DNA from: Basidiobolus meristosporus CBS 931.73
Lineage: Eukaryota; Fungi; Basidiobolomycota
Length of the DNA: 64,000 bases
Direction: 5' to 3'
Assembly (NCBI GenBank): GCA_002104905.1
Contig: MCFE01000086.1
Location: 114,048-178,047, forward strand
Shown: piece after piece, positions 39,810 to 53,756 of the stretch
Layout of the letters: each line of letters opens with the position of its first letter
Position numbering within the stretch: position 1 is the first letter of the stretch
Translations under genes and position numbers: made by a program
The notes under the pieces: generated by a model
What the model was told of the DNA's origin: nothing
The model's input: only the letters and a program-made list of their open reading frames with translations
Database searches by the model: none

Positions 39810-41864
39810 CTAATTCTTGGTCCACCTGTTAATCCAATCCAACACCTCGTGGTGCCAACGAAGTGAATTGGCTGGCTTTGTTACCCAATGGCTTTCATCA
39901 GGGAAGTATAGCAAACGAGATGGGATATTTTGTCGTTGTAATGCTGTAAATGTAGATAGTCCCTCTGCGAGGACTAAGCGGTAGTCCTTTTGGCTGTGAA
40001 CTACTAAGGTAGGTGTTTTCCAATTCTGCACGTAATTAGATGGTGACCACCTCTCGTTGATCTGTTTTGATTTGGCTTCCCATGGTTTCCCACCAAATTC
40101 CCACTCAGCAAACCAGAGTTCGTCAGTAGAATAATATGTCCCAATACTTGAAAACATTCCATCATGGTTGACGAGGCAGCTGAAGCGATCAGTGTGACCA
40201 TTGAACCAATTCATCATATACCCCCCAAAGCTAGCACCCAGAGCACACATACGTTTCTCATCGGTGAATTTGAATGTCTCCAGTACGTAATCAAGACCCT
40301 TCATCAGGTCCTCGTACGGAAGACCGCCCCAGTTTTCTGAGACTTGGTCGGTGAATTTCTGGCCATATCCAGTAGATCCCCGGGCATTGATTGCGATCAT
40401 GACATATCCGGCTGAGGAGTAAATCTCCGGATTCCAACGCGTGCTCCATCCATCAGCCCAGGAGCCTTGGGGTCCGCCATGAACCAAGAATGCCACAGGG
40501 TATTTTTTCTTGGGATCAAATCCAATAGGCCTGAGGATCCAGCCGTGGACCAGATCCCCATTGGCCCCCTTGAACCAAAAGTCTTCTGGTTCCGGGAGGT
40601 AAAGCTCATCAGTCTTAGCTTCGTGTAGATGTGATACTTGCTTGAGATCATGCCCATCTTTCTTGATTGTGTAAAACTCATTAGGATGGTTCATTGCATT
40701 CTGCGTCAAGAGAAGACGATCGTTGTCGATAGGAGCAACGCTCCCCACACTTCCATTCTGGGTTAGAGCCTTGACAGCCCCCTGCTTGATGTCAGCAGAA
40801 AAAAGCTTTACCTTGCCATGCTCCTCAGTAGGAAGGTAGATAGCTGACGAGTCTGGTGACCATGTGATACTATTGGGACTGCGATCCCAATCTTGCCTGA
40901 AGTACGTAGATCTTTGTTGGTGCCGATCGTGGAGAATGATTCGCTTACGATCAGACTCGAATCCACGACGTTCCATCTGTAACCAAGCCAATGTTTTTCC
41001 ATCAGGTGAATAGGCAGGCGAGGCAGTTTGGCCATAATTTTTGTCGGTTAGGGATTTTGGCGGCTTGCTACCGTCCGAAGGAACAAGATACACATTAATA
41101 TCTGTCTCCCAGGCCTGATCTTGCCCAGGCTTCTTAGAAATGAACGCAATCTCTCGACCATCAGGCGAAATATCGTAATCCCCGGCATCGCCAAATGGAT
41201 CGACAGGTGTCTCTAGATGCGCATTGGACATGACATTTCTTGCATCTCCAGCAACACTGTACTTGCCTCTGCTTTCGCTGAGCTTGACAGTGAAGAGATT
41301 CTGCTTCTTTGGCGTCACAAAGTGATCCCAATGACGGACAAATAATTGATCATATACCATACCGGAGTCTGGGCGTTTAGCGTTGACCGCATCAATCTCC
41401 ACTGCTTTGTCCATGCTTCCGTCTGCATAAACACCAGCAGTAAAGGCGAGCAGCTTTTCCTTCGAGTTGTACTTAATATTTCCAATATCCAGAGTGAAGT
41501 TCGTCACTTGCACTGGCTGTGCACCAGGTTTGGTTACATCAACAGCCCATAGTTGCGAAGTTGTTGCCCTGGTGGATACAAACCCAACAGTTGCTGAATC
41601 CAGCCACAGTGCCTCGCTGTCTCCATATTTACTAGGCGAGGTCAATGGAATTTCCTTACTAGTGACAAGATTTAGCAACCACAGGTTAGAAGTACTGGCG
41701 TTTTCGGTGATTGAGTAGTTAGAACTGCTATAAACCGCCCATTTCCCATCGGGAGAAGGGACTGCTGACCCAGGCCTGTCTAAGGTGACCAGATCCTGCG
41801 GGGTGAAAGGACGCTTTGCAACAGCCAATGGAACTGCAAGAGCAATATAGCATAGACACTTCAT
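39810..41864 (-). CDS. DPP5: Secreted dipeptidyl-peptidase 5 (peptidase S9), copy B
   Basis: Intronless. The start MKCLCYIALAVPLAVA at 41864 gives 684 aa. Contains HGGPQG, GASFGG, DYRL and DESHW. Confidence 0.95.
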   Translation of the reverse strand: MKCLCYIALAVPLAVAKRPFTPQDLVTLDRPGSAVPSPDGKWAVYSSSNYSITENASTSNLWLLNLVTSKEIPLTSPSKYGDSEALWLDSATVGFVSTRATTSQLWAVDVTKPGAQPVQVTNFTLDIGNIKYNSKEKLLAFTAGVYADGSMDKAVEIDAVNAKRPDSGMVYDQLFVRHWDHFVTPKKQNLFTVKLSESRGKYSVAGDARNVMSNAHLETPVDPFGDAGDYDISPDGREIAFISKKPGQDQAWETDINVYLVPSDGSKPPKSLTDKNYGQTASPAYSPDGKTLAWLQMERRGFESDRKRIILHDRHQQRSTYFRQDWDRSPNSITWSPDSSAIYLPTEEHGKVKLFSADIKQGAVKALTQNGSVGSVAPIDNDRLLLTQNAMNHPNEFYTIKKDGHDLKQVSHLHEAKTDELYLPEPEDFWFKGANGDLVHGWILRPIGFDPKKKYPVAFLVHGGPQGSWADGWSTRWNPEIYSSAGYVMIAINARGSTGYGQKFTDQVSENWGGLPYEDLMKGLDYVLETFKFTDEKRMCALGASFGGYMMNWFNGHTDRFSCLVNHDGMFSSIGTYYSTDELWFAEWEFGGKPWEAKSKQINERWSPSNYVQNWKTPTLVVHSQKDYRLVLAEGLSTFTALQRQNIPSRLLYFPDESHWVTKPANSLRWHHEVLDWINRWTKN

Positions 41865-42380
41865 GTCTGTTAGGTAGCTTTGAAGGGACTTCCATCTGAT
41901 TTTTATATAGCAGAATGCCACACAATCAGATGACATAATTACTTCATCGAATTCTCTTCCATCACTGTATTTTAGAACTCAACGATATCCACCAGATGTA
42001 AGTTACCATGAATTTTAGAACTCGGATTTGGTGTGATCTTCACAGGAATACCTTTACTGTATACATACTGGACTTTTTCTACAATGCAATATAAATTCGT
42101 CAGATATTTTATATGTGATTCGCATGCTAGTTGGATACATTTAAAGAATCTCGGATTCGTGTTATAACGCTGGATGTATCGTTTCTGAATCCCGCCTGCG
42201 GGATAAAAATCGTACATCGAGATTCCCAAGGTTCATGAACCGACCGATGCTTGAATTACAGAAAATATTTATGCGTGTGAATTTTCAATATTCGTCTGAC
42301 GATTCTTCGCTTCCCCACTGGCTTATGTTGCGAATTGCTGAGAAGAGTCAGCTCACCTATTGTCAAATACATGATTGATT

Positions 42381-42398
42381 AATAATAATAATAATAAT
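42381..42398 (+). repeat. (AAT)6 microsatellite
   Basis: aataataataataataat read directly. Confidence 0.9.
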
Positions 42399-44403
42399 AT
42401 ATTATCGCGATTCGCAAGAAACAGGCTACAACGGAAAACACGCGCATATTAGTGCTGGAGCAGTGGAAGGTTACATCATACTCTGCCATTCCCAAGCATA
42501 GATCATACAAATTTCCAAATCTGGTAGAAGTATCGACAATTCAGCGAATAACTCAGGACCGAATCTTACCATAAGTGAAATAAGCGTTACCACAAAGCCA
42601 CATGACTCAGGTTGCAGGTGAAGGAGCCATAACGGATTTCAGTTGGCTATCACACATCTTCCTAATATGAGACATAGCTGACTGTTGCTGATTGTCCACA
42701 GAAATGTGCCATGGTAGCTATATTTGAGAGCGATCTAATTTCAGCCTGCTTGATGCTACTACCAATTACCTCTCTACAGTTGTATGCAGGTCTGTCAATG
42801 TGATGGTAGCTGCACAACAACGATAGATAAGCCCTAGATAGGCGCCCAAAACATATTGTGATGGGCACGTCATACATCTTGGCAACCCAAGCATTAACCA
42901 TACCAACCCTTGACTTCCAACAATCGAGTTGCGGTATTGTATGGCGCATAATGAAATACAAAAGATGCCCTATCAGACATGCCAGAGGCGAGAAATACGG
43001 ATGTAGTGTTCCTATCATAGTTTTGAATAGCTGACGGAACCATATAGGTTAGTGACTATACACTAGTAGTGATATCATACCTCAGCTGCATATACGGGAT
43101 TATCTTGTTTTGAGCCATATGCCAAGAATAGGAAGATGGTTCATACTGCTGTTTGCCTATCGTCGGGCATTGGCCCTTACTCTATTTAGAATGGTTTACT
43201 GCAAGGACGAACCCTATTCTACATGCTACAAATATTGGATTTATATTTAATCATCAATATATTCCATGTTTGAAAGGGCCTCGAAAATGGAGGGGAATAC
43301 AGGTCTAGTTGGATCCGTTAGGTTGTCCACACTTGAAATATCTTGGGGGCTTGGATTGAACCCACCATAGGATTTTTGGGTGGGTTTTCAGCCCTAGCTA
43401 CTCAAGCCTGGCCTAGTTTAGTCCCAAATTCAAATTTATTACGGTTTCTTGGTAGCGAATAGTTTGAACAAGGTATCATATTTCTTTCATGGGGCAAGAT
43501 TAGCCACTCGGTCGAAATCTGAATTTCCATTCAAGTCTTCTCATCCACCATAAACCCCGCACTGGTGATACAATACTTGCATCAATCACTCTGGGATCCT
43601 ATCTGTGCTTTTGCTATCTTCAGGATCTATAGGGCAAACCTAAAAGGCCTGAATATTTACACCATGTGGCCAATGAAACCTTAACTTGACACGCTTTCAT
43701 GACCATTCACAACACGTCATATTTCTAGTTTTGCCTTCCCAAAATTAAGGTATAAATACTTCCCTCAATGGGCCAACAATCAACAATACCACAGGTCAAC
43801 AAGTTCCCATTACATACTACGACCCCTTGTGTCATATCTCGAGGGTTCCCTGAATTTATGAAAATTAGATGTATTCATTTCAGGAGTTTTTCATAGCATT
43901 ATTTGATCCATGATTTGATTTGTCAGTTGGCCATACATACGCAAGGAATTACATCGTCAGTGCCTGTACATCAATGAGCACAACCATCAATGTTTGCCAT
44001 CTGAAACGAGACCAAAATTCATGCTGTAAATCTGACCACAAACCTCAAAATAATTCGACAGAATGCTTTGCACCAACCAAGCGCAACACATTGGTGACAA
44101 TTATTCACGACCCTGTGGGCTTGTTAGTTAACATAGTTAGAAAATAATCTTTATTGCTGATACGGTGATAGAGAGGTACATTACAACTATGGATTAACCT
44201 CAAAAAACGGTATATTTTCGGGTGGGATGTGATACATAAAGCCAACACCGGATATTCAAACTGTCATAAGTCACATCTGGATTTTAAGGTTCAATAATAG
44301 ATTTCGCCGTCATACACAAGCATCAAAATCAGTCAAAATATGCTTGCTCTTGTAGAGTGGGCCGCTGTGAACGGTAAGGTGGCTCGTGCTATAGCATTCT
44401 AAC

Positions 44404-44883
44404 TCATGCTATGTATCCCACAAGAATTATTGCGATGGCGCCTACAATATGAATGAGACTAATGGAAGTAGTAGTAGCAGTAGACATGACATCCAACGTG
44501 AACTTCGGTCGAGGGGGAAGAGTTAATACGCCGTTATTTAAAGTTCCAACATTGATCTCCCCAACCATTCCAGAGCGACAATTCAGCCCGTTACTGCTAT
44601 AGTAGTAGTATATCCCTGGCTTGCTGAACACAACACTGAAATTGGATCCGGTATCCAGTACTGAAGAATCGAAGCCACCAGTTATTGGGTCACAACTGCC
44701 TTGCTGTACACCTTGGGTGACCGAATGAGAAGAGCTCAGCCAGGACCACTGAACAGTATCCCCTGCGGCAATAGTGATGTTTGATTTATCGTATGATAGA
44801 AACAAAACTTTGATATACGTCGTTTCAGCATTGGTGAGTATAGCAAAAGTAATGTAGCATAAGAAGTATTTCAAAGAAATCAT
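44404..44883 (-). CDS. Small secreted/membrane-anchored cupredoxin-fold protein
   Basis: Signal peptide, ITIAAGDTVQWSW...HSVTQG..CDP...GFDS...FSKPGIYYYYSS..NCRSGMVGEINV, and a C-terminal hydrophobic tail. Confidence 0.75.
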   Translation of the reverse strand: MISLKYFLCYITFAILTNAETTYIKVLFLSYDKSNITIAAGDTVQWSWLSSSHSVTQGVQQGSCDPITGGFDSSVLDTGSNFSVVFSKPGIYYYYSSNGLNCRSGMVGEINVGTLNNGVLTLPPRPKFTLDVMSTATTTSISLIHIVGAIAIILVGYIA

Positions 44884-46448
44884 GACGATTCCCAGTACAA
44901 AAGCAAACAACTCTTAGCCTGTAGGTAAGCTTGTAATTAAAGAAATACTTTGCAAGTTAACGCACGATTACTGATGTGTGTTGCCTTCGATTGTTAGGTG
45001 AAGTATCCGGTGTATGAGGTGTGGGTCAAGGATGGGAATTGTTGGGTTATATATAGGTCATTTCCCGAGCTGCTGAAAGCGTTTTTAGGTGACTAGAGAT
45101 GACACTCGAGGTGCATCAAGCTACAGAAATCAGCCTACTTCCTAACAACATCTGATGGATTTCAGACTGCATGAGACAAAGCCGATAAACATGCCATAAC
45201 CAGGATTACCTCAGATGCACAATACGATCGTGATCCGGATTTTGACATTGGTCAGATATATGCTGGGTTGTCAGACATTGTGGACTCTGCATCTATATCT
45301 TGGATTATGAGCATACACAGATGTGCTTCCAACATTGTTGATCACATATGTACAAGCCATTCCCGGAAATCGATACCAAATAGCTGACAAACATACACCG
45401 CATGCTCGATTGGTGTTCTGGTGTTGGTCAGGCTTCACCCCACATACCATCTATGCCGAGAGCACCCATGTACGCTTGGTGATATCAGCAACAAGAGGGT
45501 GCTCCCCATTAAGTTGCCTATTGATTTTCTTGATCCTTCTGTTGACCTGTCTAGTATTACTACTTATTACAAGGTCTCAACCTCCAATAACCAACATGAT
45601 GGTCAAATATATTATTTGGCGTATTCTTACTCAACAAGTAGCTTAGGGGTAAAAAGGATGCGCCAAACTGGGAATGTTTTCCCTTGCTTTGGAAGTATGA
45701 GGTAAAATGGTTTATCTCATTAGGCTTGCTTAGAGATGACTGGAGGGGCTAACGATATTGGGGTAAAAATCGTATTACAACCAACTCACTTATATGCTCT
45801 CTGCTCTACCTTTGTATTAAGAGAATATTCGGGGACGTGAAGTTCGTCAAAAACAAACATAAGGGTAACAGGACCAGATGCAAGTCTGCGAGTATACGTC
45901 AAATGGGTCGCTGTGAATTGCAGCTAAAGTCTAGTTAAACGCAGCAAAATTGAGAGATGGTCTGAAAATTCAGCAACCAGGTACAGGCTAACGAAGTATA
46001 TTTCAAGGTCCAAAGCTTTCCTCACGCCCTTGGTGATTGACAAGACCGTACATAGTGTCAATTAGTAGGTATTTATACTTGAACGTTATGAACTACAGTG
46101 ATAAGAAGATCTCTACTTCTCAACCTTCCACCGACAGGCCGTGTGAAATGCGGTTAAAACATTCAGCTATGTTGGACGGGGATGAAATATAAATTATGCA
46201 GATTTTCCTGGTGCTCGGACTTTTATCATCTGATCCCTCAATTCGAACCGCGATCCAATGGATTGTAAATCAAAGATAGAGATCATTCACATCTATACTT
46301 TGATTAGAAAACCTAAAATATAATACCCATAATAGAAAGGCAAAGTGTGGAGTCAAATAGTCTTTCACCGCCATAGGGTGAAGACAAGGCCATCTTTTGA
46401 GCGTATCAAGCGAGCTAAGAATCAGCAGGGTTTCAAGAAAACCCCAAG

Positions 46449-49400
46449 ATGCCCCCTCATAATAATGATGTTCACCCTACGTCGGCCAAAACCTACAATT
46501 TATGGGTTCATGACGACCGGTTCTCGAAGCAAGAAGTCGTTATCAATCCCGACTATTTTCCTGGGATAAAGCCTGGTGATTTATTAGAACTATTCCATCC
46601 ACCTTTCCAAAACACCTCAAGTCCCGACTCAAGACCCTATCCTGGGAAGACCATCAAAGAGAACGAGGAGTCAGATGAAAAGACTCTTGTACTTCAGGTG
46701 GAGCCTTCCGATGTCGACATTCTAGCGAAGCAACCCCAATTACAGGTATCAAGTATTTCACCCGTCTCTCTTCAAAACCTGATAATATTCAACCAATATA
46801 TGCCTCTTGGCAAAACTATAGATATCAATTGCCAACCATATTGCCACTGCCTTTGGTCTTCAAGCACGTAAAGATATTATTGTTCGTAAGGTATGTTCCA
46901 GAGATTCACCTTTCTCACGCAATGCGCTAAAACACGTATTTCATATATCTTTCTAGGTAGATGCCAACTCCATTGCTACTGAATATGTCGAATTTACGTT
47001 CAAAGATCAATATATCGGCCGGAGTGATATGTGGAGATTGAAAATGAGTTTAAATGGCACCTGCGTTCATGTTGGAAAAAAGATTTCTTTCGCTGGCTGC
47101 GTACGAGTACAAGTCAAAGAGATATATGTTGCTGGAAAAACCGTAAGCTTGAAGACAGCAGCCTTGGAAAGGAGTGCACTCATTAACAAACACTTGCTCC
47201 GGTATAGGTTATGTGTGGGTACATCACTGAAAGCACTCGGACCATCTTTCGATCTGAATCCGCAAAATATTACATCTTTATCCAAATGAGCCGAGAGATG
47301 TGGGATTTTGACGAGGACGGGATGCTGTTTTTCGAGAAAGCAACGCACAACTTCCTCCCTGATCTGTTTACTCGCTGGAAAGAGCTTGGAACCAATCATG
47401 TGGCATCCATCGTCATGTTTACTCGTGTCTTTTACGAATATAGCGATGAGTTAGCCAAAGATGGAGCATTATGCCAAGCAAACGAAAACCAATGGTACAA
47501 GGATTACTATAAGGTAGTCGCAGATTGGGAAACACGAAGCGATTGGAGTACTGCCATTATTCACCTTAAGAAGGAATTTATTTCGTTTCGTAAAGATATC
47601 CTGGAACTTCGCGTGGATAAGTCCATTCATCTGAGTGGAGAAAACACCATGGCCCATGAGGGGAATGTCCTCGAGGCCATCAACCTTGCTTTGAATGCAT
47701 TTGATAAGCACTATGTTGATAGAGACCTCCTTCGTACAGGGCTCTCCATTGTGGTGATCACCCCTGGGACTGGTATCTTCGAAGTTGACAAGAAACTGCT
47801 CAGAATCACTACCGAGCGCATGATCGACAATGGCATTGGCTTGGACCTTGTATGCCTGTCCAAATATCCCCTCTACACGGTTCCCATTTTTAAGTTTTAT
47901 TCAAGTGAAGTTTCGAAATTCGTGGACTCGGCAAAAGCCATCTCGGAGCAGAAACCAGAGAAAAAGTTCCTTTCCGCCGATCAGGCTGGCTACGGGAAGC
48001 CCAAATTTCCCGACAAGCCGATCTCCGACAACCCCGAGAAACTGGATACTTGGGACCCGCTGTATTATGACGACCCCGATCCCAATAGCCCGATGGAGTC
48101 CTACTATGCCATGCCGCATTGGATCGACTGCAGTTTCTACAGTGTCAATGATGAGAGTCGTCAGAAGTCGGGAAAATTCATTCCTAGATGCAAGATGTAT
48201 AGCTTGCAAATGATGGGAGTCATGGAACACGAGATGGCGCCCATTTCCATCGAGTACCTGGACGACAAATACATAATACCTCAGAAGGGCGAGTCTGGCA
48301 TAGAAGAGAGCACCACCAGAACATCGTACGCATTTGATAAGTATGACGAGGAAATCTTCCATAGTGATTCACGCAAAACCCTCAAATTAAGACAAACACT
48401 TCGAGCACGAAGCCTTCGAGAAACCATCTCCGAAAACTCCGGAGATGCCATTTCCCAAGGGAACCTACGAGCCAATACCACCACCGACACGACGGCTTTC
48501 CCGCGCAGAAGCTTTGAAGACTACACATACGTGAATGGCCACGACTCAAACTCAGTTACGGCTGAGCCTTTCGGAAGCCTTCCCAAAAACATGCTATCTA
48601 GCAGCTTTGCCGCAGCTAATATATATACCTCTCGTCGCCATCAGCTTCAACCTGTATCCCATTCTGAAGAGAAACCGTATGGAGTCGAGTCCATTTTAAC
48701 CAGCAAAAATCATGCAGGGTCCACCCAGACAGGCTCTAAGGATCAATCAGAAATAGCGTCCATCCGGTTCTTGACCAACCCTCGCGAGAACAGCAATGCC
48801 AACCATTGGAATGAGGTGCTGGACATTCCCGTACACAATGGAGATGACGAGGCCTCTCCTCAGATTAGCAGCAGCACGGTCAAACCAATCATGATCAACA
48901 ACTGCAAGCCCAGAAAAGATTTCAAAAGGACGTTCCTTGATCCATCCTCGTACCAGAGCATAGCGGATTCCCTCATGGGCTCGCTGGCTAGCGATGTAAT
49001 CCGCTATTCTACCAAGCAATCATCCCCGGGCAAGGGATTCACCTCTCGACAAGTGATTCGCCAAAGTTTGATCAAACCTTGCAACCCGACAAAGAACGTC
49101 ATTAAGATTAGTAGTCATCTGCGTAGATGGTATCACATTTTCCCCAAGCCAGTGCCCATCGATTGCACCAAGTGGACCTCGCTTTGTACACCAGCCTGCC
49201 TCCCCCTTACCACTGATTATTTTCCCACCACCGATGAACTTGCTGATTTCTACCAAGAATATACGTACACCGTCTCCCCCAACGAGGAAATCAGCGCCTT
49301 CTCTTATCAGGACACACCAATATCCGACCAAAGCATCACCGAGCGACTTTTACTTGATATGATCTCGCAGAGGCTTGCTCAAGGATTTCAGCTGATCGTG

Positions 49401-51344
49401 TCTGGCACCGTGGAAAATCCGCAGAAACACTCGGAGCACCTCTCATTCTCTCCGGCCGAAACCAGCAATGTCACATCCGCGCTGAGCCGGAGCTTTAATA
49501 ATGAACAAGAAGGAGGGAAGATCGGCACGAATAGGTTGTCGGCCACCACACCATACTATCTCAGCATGGGCCACCATGTTCATAAACTATGGTATGACAA
49601 TACTGGGCAGAATGTGGAGGTCAAGAGATATGTTAGGAGGCTTGCATACACCATGAAACCGATTTCGTATTCATGTGTGGTTTGGCCGAAATTCATGGAT
49701 AGCTATCAACCTCGACAAGTATCGTTCCACTATCCAGTTCTATCCCAATACAATTGGAACTATCTGGATCATCTAATCTCTGGGTATCAGGACGAGATGA
49801 CCGACTCGCTTCGCTTTTGGCGAGCAAGATTTGCTCTGATTCCCATGGAAATCGTTCCCTCTAACCATTTGACTAACCCTTCGAATGAGAACCTTGACGA
49901 GGAAGAGCTTCGATTAGCCGGGTTTTTCAAGTTCCAAGAGCTGCTTTGGAAGGTCCGATGGGATCCTAATCAGGAGAAAGGGGAAATGCGTAACAACAGC
50001 AGTAGAAAGCAGCCAAGCAACAAGCTGGATATCAAGTTCACAACGTGCAACATCTCTACTTTTGTTGCAAATCACCCGTGGTCCTGGGGAGACAGTGGCG
50101 AGGTTGCTACAAACTCCATCGGCTCGAGAAAGGGCTCCGGCTACCTCTCCAACAACGAGAAGTTGGCCACCAAGGAAGTAAAACTCTCCACCATCGCTAC
50201 AGCAATGCAAAATCCAATTACTGGTGTTAAATTGCAGGATAGGAGGTGGCATTTCAGGCTGTTCGAAGGAGTGTTTGTCGGGAACGAATTTATTGACTGG
50301 CTGATCAGGGAGTTCACTGATCTGGATACAAGAGAGGAAGCTTTAGAATATGGAAACGGCCTTATGAGCCAAGGGCTATTCGTGCATGTCAACAAAAAGC
50401 ATCGCTTGCTTGATGGGCATTACTTCTACCAGCTTGATCCAGAATTCGCAACCGCTAGGGTCACCAAAAGCTGGGGCGTTTTTCGCAACTCCAAGAACAA
50501 TGCGGAGGCGACGTCGAAGTCTGACGACCAGACGACACTCTCTGAAAAAAAGCCCTCTAAAATCGAGCTAAGCCGAAGCATCACTATCGACCTAGACAAC
50601 TCTAAGCGCAGTGATCGTCCCGAACGAGCTATTCTACACTACGACATGGTGCATAATCCGAAATTATGCTACCATTTCCAGCTCAACTGGCTTGACTGTA
50701 CTGCTCGTATGATTGAAGATCTCTTACAATCCTGGTCACGAACTGCGGACAAATGCGGATTAAAATTGGTTGAAGTGCCGGTTCAACAGGCCAGAATGGA
50801 CCCCAGCGATAATCCATTCCAGGCACCAGTTGCTATCGGAATCTCGATACCACCACCCTCACTGAGTATCCTGCAAGAGAAAGCTGGAAGCCTGATCAAC
50901 ATTCCTTATCTCTACTTCGAAACGGAGCTTGTCAAATTCCATGGATTTGTACTTGACTTGGAAGCCGATGAATTTTTCCCTAGGGGAATAGAAACCACTC
51001 ATTCCTACTACAAGACACCGGTTCGATATTCCCAGTATATCCATCGATCCGGAGTAGCTATCATACAGATCTGTGACCCTGGCGAAGGTTTCCTGTGGGT
51101 CAACAATCGGCTGTTTACATCGCACAGCAATAGCGGGTCCCAAAACAAAAACATGTCCAATCAATTGCCCAACCCAGACATGCTGCGTCTACAGTTCCAA
51201 AGATTCTGTCAGGATGAAACTCAGTTGGATGCATTCTGGAAGGAGACGATAGAAAAATTCTCGGTGGAGACCATAGTGGAAAACTATGGTAGTGATATTC
51301 AAATATCTCCATATCAATCACCTATCGAAAAAGACGCAGATTAG
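46449..51344 (+). CDS. IML1: Iml1/DEPDC5, GATOR1/SEACIT subunit (small 5' exons plus long final exon)
   Basis: LWVHDDRFSKQEVVINPD, FRSESAKYYIFIQMSREMWDFDEDG, GNVLEAINLALN, WTSLCTPACLPLTTDYFP, DEP domain FVGNEFIDWL..HRLLDGHYFYQL, and YIHRSG. Confidence 0.95.
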
Positions 51345-51921
51345 TGAAAATCATAAATAGCCAAGATATCAAAGAACACTTGTACAGCAGCACATCAACA
51401 ACCTGAATGAGCATCAATGATGCACAATAAATTACATCATTTTATAGCCTGAGTACAACAGGGTTAGACTGTTTATCCATGAAGGATCATCGTCCCAAAA
51501 GTAAATGTCTCAATAGCCTGGAATGGATTCGATATTGTTTACCCAATATGGCCCTTAAAACCACTCGACTTTCCGCTAAAATGGTGACCTGAATTTTACC
51601 CCCAAGATAGTAACGAAATGGTGAAATAAACCCAGTGGTCAACCAAAAAGCAGGTTTATCTGTAACCTCGATACATGTCAGCCAGCCCAGCTCATGGTAT
51701 TAGAGGCAACCTGCCTAAATATAGGCATATTATGAGGATTTCAATTAAATTAACTTGAATACGTCGCTTGCTTTTTTTAGATATATATAGATAGTTTGGA
51801 TTTCGTAACACGTATTGAATATTAACAGCATCCAATGAAATCATTACTCTAAAGACTGATGATTCCTTTGATAAATAATCAAACACCTTATTAAGTAAAA
51901 ACCTTTTTTCTAAACAGAGAG

Positions 51922-51998
51922 CCAATGATCGGGCTCAACGGGTCGTGTACAAAACCGCGTCTTGCGCTGCGCATCTGACGCGGAAAACTCATATATAA
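51922..51998 (+). promoter_or_regulatory. Putative histone H3 core promoter: CCAAT, CGCG-containing palindrome, TATA
   Basis: CCAAT at 51922-26, CCGCGTC...GACGCGG at 51955-83, and TATATAA at 51992-98, about 58 bp before the ATG. Confidence 0.5.
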
Positions 51999-52466
<468 letters not shown>

Positions 52467-52691
52467 ACCAACATTCAATACCGATCCAAATAATTTTTGT
52501 AAATAGATATTTATGTTGGTCAAATAAAGTAACAAGAATGTATTAAATTAGTCAGTCGTATGTTATTGGACTGGTCTAACTTGTCAATCCCCCTTCTATT
52601 AAAGGGTGATCATACCCCTTTTTTCGAAACTATTTAGTTATTTGGCAAGTTGTAAGGGTTGGTGTATTCTTGTTCAGTCCATAGACTCTCA

Positions 52692-53437
52692 ATGCGTAGT
52701 GGCAAGTTGACGGTAACTCTTGGTATATTGGTCATAAGATGTTCTCGCTTATGAGTTCAGGTTGTTGAGCATTTTTTATACAGGCTCCGGTCGTCATATC
52801 AAAGATATGGACGTTATTGGAGGTAGTTGGTACTACGCATTCACACCAAACTTGCTAGTGTTACTTACTCATAGAAAGGCTCTAGTGATCCTTATGTTGT
52901 ATTTAGTGTTGACCGCCAAGAAACAAAACGCTCGCGCACACAGAATAATAGTTCAGCACCCAACTGGGATGAAGCGTTTGCTTTGTACGTTCACGTTGTT
53001 ACTACGTTACTAGTGAGTTTTCTAACGCCCAGCTAGTGATATAACAGATGACGCTCAATATTTATACATAGAATGTTACGATGAAGACACTTTTAAACCG
53101 GATGACTTAATTGGTATAGTTTTCAAGAAGTTCACCACCTGGAGGCCCCCATTAACAATGTTGCTTTTATACAGGAGCAGCGAAAATAGACCTATATAAA
53201 GTTATCCAAGAGAACACACTTTCTGACTGGTTCAAAATACTTACTACCGATGGAGCCCTTGCTGGCGAAGTTCATCTATGCTTAACTGTAGAATTTTTGG
53301 TAGGCAAAATACGCTACTTCGGTTACCAATCTATGTATTGAATGTTGTGTTAGAATAAGGCGCCAATGCCAATGAATCCAGATGGAGAAATCAGCGCGTT
53401 TGGATGGAGACCATTTCAACCAGCTACCAGCTTTTGA
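52692..53437 (+). CDS. Small C2-domain protein, multi-exon
   Basis: Exons MRSGKLTVT / GRHIKDMDVIG / GSSDPYVVFSV..APNWDEAF / CYDEDTFKPDDLIG / AAKIDL..WFKI..GEVHLCL / NKAPMP..SF*, separated by GT-AG introns. Confidence 0.75.
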
Positions 53438-53756
53438 TAAGTGATCTATAATCTAGACTCTTATTAAAACATAAGCATCGACAGTATATTTATTCTTTCG
53501 TCAACGGCCTCTTCAAGTATAGGCTATCTCTTGCATTTATTCTGGTACTACAGCTTCTATATCACACTAATATTTCGGCAATAATTCCTGGCCTGGCAAT
53601 AAATGGCCCTGTGTCACAGTCGTTTATGTCCCAGCGGAATACATACCAAAAGAGTTTATATCATTATCAAGTATTTACAGTCAACTATAACAAAGCTAAA
53701 CCAACACGAAAGGATAACCAAAGGGATGAGGGTGGATATATCGTTAGACGGCATGG

